A stretch of 64,000 nucleotides of DNA from Phormidesmis sp. (GTDB taxonomy: Bacteria > Cyanobacteriota > Cyanobacteriia > Leptolyngbyales > Leptolyngbyaceae): the NCBI GenBank assembly GCA_965248535.1, contig CBDFJR010000005.1, positions 544,001 through 608,000 on the forward strand, in the 5' to 3' direction. Shown here one piece after another: positions 59,310-64,000 of this stretch (the stretch's first letter is position 1; the number at the start of each line of letters is the position of its first letter). The position numbers and the translations under genes are program-made. The notes under the pieces were generated by a model. That model searched no databases, was not told the DNA's origin, and saw only the letters and a program-made list of their open reading frames with translations.

Positions 59310-60437
59310 CTTACCGTCTTGTGCTCAAGACCCCTGACCTCACCTTGACGACTGATCAAGCGGGTCGCCACTGACTGAAAAATCTTTCAGAATAGTCTCT
59401 GGGATCAACATCAAAACTACACAAACAGCCGTCTATCTTTGCAGGAAATTTATTTAACATGACGTTTATCAGTGGTTTTACTGATGGTGTTGGTGAATCA
59501 CCCTTGCAAGGTGATAACTGCGATCGTTTCTGCGCTTTCTAACCAGTTAGCTCAGGGTAAATTGATTGAGGGTTGGTCTGCGATCGACTCATTTGAACTT
59601 GTGAGAAATTAATCGGATTTGCCGCCATAATCTGAGCTAACCTCAGGCTGATAACGCTAATTTTTTACAACTCAAAAAATTAAATAAGTAAACTAAGGTT
59701 AAATAAATCACACTTATTTAATCAGTACTGACTCCCTAAATAGACGTTTAATTTAGGGTGAGTCGATGTCAAATTCAAGAACAATTCGCTTTGAATCTGC
59801 CTTCATTACGGAGTTATTTGATTACCGATAGGTGCAAAATCGCACTAGTGAGTCTATCTCTCAAACTTAGAGCTAGAACTAAGAACTTGTTTAGATAGGA
59901 CTATTTCAGCCAGTCAACTTCTATGAAATTAAGTATAATTTTCTCGTTCAAGTATATAAACACACGATCTTATATCAGCGTTATACAAGTGATTTAGATC
60001 ACTTTTTAGGAAGTCAAAAGCCTCCGCTGACCGCCCTCACAGCCCTTAGAAGAAATTATTGTTTAAGCAATCAAGCACCTGCTATTTTTCGCCGAGTTCT
60101 TCTAATTTTCGCCCCTTCAAAAATGGGTGTTATTACGGTACTAATTCATGATTAACTCTCTTATAACTGACCGTAACCCCCTTCCGAATAAGGAATGTAT
60201 TAGTGAGCTTCATCAAATTGAATAAATGCTTTTACATTCCCAAATTTCATCTTGTTTGTTTGATGATTCAGCTATCTAGCTGATCTGAATTACTTTCTGA
60301 AGATGTTAGGTTTAAGCGCATGAAGAAACATTTGCATTCAGTTGCTCAAAGTGTGAGCGGTTGAAAGGCAAGGTTTTCCGCCAATCCTGATTTGAAGCCC
60401 TTATCCAGTTGTAGCGTCGTAGGGACTGCTTTCCTAA

Positions 60438-60713
60438 ATGAAGTACGATTCCTTGGAATGTCAACCCCCGAATAACCATGAGGTGGGTGTTTATGAGTGT
60501 GAGATTCATCTCAAGTTCAGATTAGTTGAAGAAAAGCGGGCGTTAAAAGACCGCGAACAACTTCTAGAGATGCTGCTTGAGGCATTCACTTGCGGCAGTG
60601 ATGAATATATGGAGCCGATCCAAGTCGAGGTAGAGGCTCAGGAGATTTCTGAAATTGCCGCCTCACCAGAGATGCGTCGTCAGTTGATTCGGTTGCGTAA
60701 CTCTAAAGACTAG
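60438..60713 (+). CDS. Npun_R1517-family small protein
   Basis: EVGVYECEIHLKFRL.EEK...GSD..ASPEMRRQL.RLRN matches my recollection of the family. Confidence 0.8.
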   Translation: MKYDSLECQPPNNHEVGVYECEIHLKFRLVEEKRALKDREQLLEMLLEAFTCGSDEYMEPIQVEVEAQEISEIAASPEMRRQLIRLRNSKD

Positions 60714-60901
60714 ACGTTGGGTGAGTGGCACTTGGTGTGCCTGCACCCTAGAGTTAAGAAAAACCTGGCCCGTGATTCGATCGCCGCTGAGTGCTGCGTT
60801 GGGTCACGGGATTTTTTATGGAGAGTCAGAGGGTGCAACCTGTCGCGATCGATTACACAATAGAGGCACAATAGAGGCAGTCGATAAGGTTTCTAAACGC
60901 A

Positions 60902-62305
60902 ATGACCCATGCCCTGACTGACACCAAAAACCTCCTGGCTGACTTGGTTCGTCGTTATCGCTCTCAGGTTGATTATTTAGCCATTCGCTTAGAAGCGGCT
61001 GAAGGCACCGATATTTTGCTCAGGGGCACCAAAATCGAAACCCTGAGTGAAGGCATCTCGATAGGAGGACAGGTGAGAGCATGTCACAAAGGCGGTTGGG
61101 GGTTTGCTAGCTTTAATCAACTCTCTACGCTGTCTGAGCGCATTGAGGACGCGATCGCGGCGGCCCGTCTAGTGGGCACTGATGAAACGACTCTTGCCGC
61201 GATCGAGCCAATTCAAGACACCTGCATTCTTCCCCTCAAGGGCACTGACCCCCGACAGATCGCGATCGCGCAGAAAAAATCTCTCTGTGAAGATTATGGC
61301 GAACTCTTACGATCGGTCGATCCTCGCATCGCTACGGTCTCAGTGCGCTATGGCGACAGCGCCCAGAAAATGATTTTAGCCACCTCAGACGGCACGTTTA
61401 TTGAACAGTCTTGGGTTGATATTGAGATGCGCTTTGCGGCAACTGCCCGCAGTGGTGAAACGGTGCAGACGGGGCGAGAAACGATCGGCTCTCGCAATGC
61501 CTATGAAGACCTGATGGGGTTAGAGGGACAGGTTCGCAGCGCGGCGCAAAGGGCCGTTGACTCGCTGGCGCTGCCTCCGGTCAAGGGCAACGCCTACACG
61601 GTGGTGATTGACCCAATCCTGTCGGGGCTTTTTGTTCACGAGTCGTTTGGGCATCTCTCAGAAGCCGACATGGCCTATGAGAATCCCGATTTGCTTGAAG
61701 TGATGAGCCTAGGGCGGCGGTTTGGTTCGCCAGACTTGCAGATTTTTGATGGAGCGGCTCTGGAAGGGCATCGCGGCAGCTATTCCTATGATGATGAGGG
61801 CGTTCCGGCAACCACGACCCAACTGATCAAAGACGGGGTTTTGGTGGGTCGTCTGCATTCGCGGGAGACGGCGGGCAAGTTAGAAGAATCTCCCACGGGA
61901 AATGCCCGATGCTTGAACTATCACTTTCCCCCGATCGTGCGCATGACCAATACCTGGATCGAGCGGGGCAAGACCCCCGTCAAAGACTTATTTAGCGGCA
62001 TCAAAGAAGGGGTCTATGCCCGCAATTGGCTAGGCGGCATGACCAATGGAGAGATGTTTACCTTCACGGCGGGCGAAGCGTGGATGATTCGCAATGGTGA
62101 GATCGCCGAACCCGTGCGCGATGTCACCCTCTCTGGCAACGCCTTTAAAACCCTGGCAGACATTGAAGGCATTGGCGATGACTTCTATTGGGATGAGTCA
62201 GGCGGCTGTGGCAAAGGTGGGCAGAGTGGCCTAGCTGTGGGCTGTGGCGGCCCAAGTTTGCGAATTCGCGATGTGGTAGTGGGAGGAGAAGCGATCGAAG
62301 ACTAG
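60902..62305 (+). CDS. tldD: TldD/PmbA family metalloprotease
   Basis: HESFGH (HExxGH), DDEG, TGNAR, RMTNT, GGCGKGGQ. Confidence 0.92.
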   Translation: MTHALTDTKNLLADLVRRYRSQVDYLAIRLEAAEGTDILLRGTKIETLSEGISIGGQVRACHKGGWGFASFNQLSTLSERIEDAIAAARLVGTDETTLAAIEPIQDTCILPLKGTDPRQIAIAQKKSLCEDYGELLRSVDPRIATVSVRYGDSAQKMILATSDGTFIEQSWVDIEMRFAATARSGETVQTGRETIGSRNAYEDLMGLEGQVRSAAQRAVDSLALPPVKGNAYTVVIDPILSGLFVHESFGHLSEADMAYENPDLLEVMSLGRRFGSPDLQIFDGAALEGHRGSYSYDDEGVPATTTQLIKDGVLVGRLHSRETAGKLEESPTGNARCLNYHFPPIVRMTNTWIERGKTPVKDLFSGIKEGVYARNWLGGMTNGEMFTFTAGEAWMIRNGEIAEPVRDVTLSGNAFKTLADIEGIGDDFYWDESGGCGKGGQSGLAVGCGGPSLRIRDVVVGGEAIED

Positions 62306-62326
62306 CAGCGAAATAAGGATAAACCG

Positions 62327-62896
62327 TCACTCTTTCTCTTTGTCGGGCGAATGTCTGCCGCGTCGTTTGCGGGCTTCCATGGCGCGTTCTAAGACGGTCA
62401 ACAGTCCGGGCGCTTCTTCTTGCAGGGCCAGCAGCAGCCGTTCGCCTTCTTCGAGGTCGCCGGGGTCTTCTCCGGTCTCCATCACCGCTTGCAGTCGGGG
62501 CAGGGCTAACTCATCAACTAGCTGAACAAGGCTGTGAAGGCATCGATAAAACTGGCGCTCGGTCAAGATGGCATCCTCTAGCGGAAACTCAATAATGGCG
62601 CGAATTTCGCCATCTGAGGGGTCATATTCCCACTGAAGCATTTTGGTTTCCCATGAAATGCAGAGCATGGTTTGCAAAATTGCAGTCTTGTGGGGATGAT
62701 CTTTGACTCCGGCTAAAACGCGAGGCGCAAAAATCTCAAAAAATTCTCCGTCTTCATCTAGCTGAATGACGATGAGAAAGTCTTCAATGTTTTCACCATA
62801 TACGCCTGTCAGAATGCGGCACTCTGCGGGGTCGAGGCGATATTTCCAGTCTTTGTTGTCTAGAAAGCCCGCGATTTGTTTTAGCGTTGCGCCCAT
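62327..62896 (-). CDS. Conserved hypothetical protein (YbjN-like)
   Basis: 189-aa ORF; WEYDPSDGEIRA. Confidence 0.75.
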   Translation of the reverse strand: MGATLKQIAGFLDNKDWKYRLDPAECRILTGVYGENIEDFLIVIQLDEDGEFFEIFAPRVLAGVKDHPHKTAILQTMLCISWETKMLQWEYDPSDGEIRAIIEFPLEDAILTERQFYRCLHSLVQLVDELALPRLQAVMETGEDPGDLEEGERLLLALQEEAPGLLTVLERAMEARKRRGRHSPDKEKE

Positions 62897-62947
62897 AGCC
62901 GTTTCTCAAGTGGGGTTAGAAGAGCTTGCAGTTTGAAGGAATGAGTT

Positions 62948-63001
62948 CAGAATTTGAGCCATAGTCAGAATTTGAGCCATAGTCCGAATTCGAGTCATAG
63001 C
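62948..63001. repeat. 3 x 18-bp tandem repeat
   Basis: CAGAATTTGAGCCATAGT twice, then CCGAATTCGAGTCATAGC. Confidence 0.88.
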
Positions 63002-63012
63002 CAGTCTAGCCG

Positions 63013-63657
63013 TCAGCCGGAGGATTTATCCAACTCTGGCGAGAATGAATGACAGATTGCCCGATCGACCTGCTGGATCAGATGGTCTAATGTCGAAGCG
63101 TTGTCTAATACAACATCGGCCCGATCGCGCTTTTCAGCAATCGCCATTTGGCTGTTAATGCGGGCGTTTACTTGCTCTGGAGTCAACGATTCACGCTGCA
63201 TCAACCGCTGAATCTGTTGGGCTAGCGGGCACGAGACCACCCAGATTTCTGTCACCAGGTCGGTCATTTGGGCTTCAAATAATAGCGGAATTACGAGGAC
63301 GATCGGCTGATTTGCGGATTGCTGAATGAAGCGATCGCGATCTTGACTCAGCGCTTGTCGCACGTAGGGGTGAATTTGCTGATCGAGCCAAAGGCGTTCA
63401 GCGGGCTGAGTGAAGATGATCTCTCCAAGCTGGCGGCGATCGAGGCTGCCATCGGGCAAGAGAATGTCGGCATGGTAGCGATCGCTAATCGCTTTGAGGA
63501 TTGTTGTCCCTGGCTGTACGGCGGCTCTGGCGTAAAGATCAGCGTCTAAAACGGGCAATTGATAAGTTTTAGAGAGATGGTCAGAGACGGTTGTTTTGCC
63601 CATACCGATGCCTCCCGTTAAGCCAATGATTCGCAGAGACGGGGCTGGCTCGCTCAT
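63013..63657 (-). CDS. coaE: Dephospho-CoA kinase
   Basis: IGLTGGIGMGKTT, DAD, LDRRQLG..IF, IHP.V, IPLLFE. Confidence 0.94.
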   Translation of the reverse strand: MSEPAPSLRIIGLTGGIGMGKTTVSDHLSKTYQLPVLDADLYARAAVQPGTTILKAISDRYHADILLPDGSLDRRQLGEIIFTQPAERLWLDQQIHPYVRQALSQDRDRFIQQSANQPIVLVIPLLFEAQMTDLVTEIWVVSCPLAQQIQRLMQRESLTPEQVNARINSQMAIAEKRDRADVVLDNASTLDHLIQQVDRAICHSFSPELDKSSG

Positions 63658-63732
63658 AACACTGCTCCTTAGTGGTCTTTCGGTAAAGTCTTTTCCAGTG
63701 TAAAGTGCAGTCTCCAACGTCGGTCGATCGCT

Positions 63733-64000
63733 ATGAGAGTCTTTTCCCACGCTCTGATTTTGATTGGAGTGGTTTTTTTGGGGGCACTGTTGAGGTTTTG
63801 GAATCTAGACGCTAAAGATTTGTGGATGGATGAAGTGATTACGGCGCTTTTTAGCCTGGGGCGCAGCTATCTTGATGTCCCTTTAGAGTCCGCTTTTTCT
63901 CGATCGGCGCTAGATCAGCTTTTTACGCTCCAGCCGACGACCTGCGCGGCGATCGCTCACGCGGTCTCGATTCAATCCGTTCATCCGCCCCTGTTTTTCT
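63733..64000 (+). CDS. GT39-like membrane glycosyltransferase, 5' part only
   Basis: Manual translation MRVFSHALIL...LRFWNLDAKDLWMDEVITALFSLG...HPPLF; runs off the window. Confidence 0.8.
   Translation, partial: MRVFSHALILIGVVFLGALLRFWNLDAKDLWMDEVITALFSLGRSYLDVPLESAFSRSALDQLFTLQPTTCAAIAHAVSIQSVHPPLFF

Larger units (their letters stand above)
1..64000. repeat. HIP1 octamer GCGATCGC dispersed through the window
   Basis: Very frequent GCGATCGC/CGATCG in genes and spacers (e.g. 348-355); cyanobacterial hallmark. Confidence 0.95.

Noticed and set aside
55592..62305. Repeat protein plus TldD as a RiPP cluster
   Set aside because: The genes are about 4.4 kb apart with unrelated genes between; no YcaO, radical SAM or transporter; the protein has a Sec-type signal peptide
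62948..63001. Mini-CRISPR
   Set aside because: Units are contiguous with no spacers

Overview
Cyanobacterial chromosome segment, probably a filamentous Leptolyngbya/Oscillatoriales-type organism (dense HIP1 GCGATCGC, psbA, vipp1, sasA, desB, tocopherol genes). About 60 CDS; I saw no rRNA, tRNA, CRISPR array, transposase or integrase. Main blocks: M48 protease-lemA; a PEP-CTERM protein; vipp1-trx-aminotransferase; two-component genes; lspA-bioY divergent from bioB; lpxD-rlmD; a Wzx/Wzy exopolysaccharide cluster (24.3-36.7 kb); frmA plus a frameshifted fghA; desB; an oxidative-stress cluster (srxA, two dps) under a PerR/FurC-like operator; a toxin-antitoxin cassette array (43.5-45.6 kb) punctuated by an 89-bp structured direct repeat; psbA (E130 form); a PlsY-like/PEP-dikinase fusion upstream of vte4-vte2; cobA-hemD; sasA; an Npun_R1517-family gene; tldD; coaE. 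Best candidates for undescribed biology: the repeat-delimited TA cassette array, the membrane PlsY-dikinase fusion beside the tocopherol genes, and a secreted protein with a duplicated 41-aa core. All family assignments come from motif recognition, not database searches.
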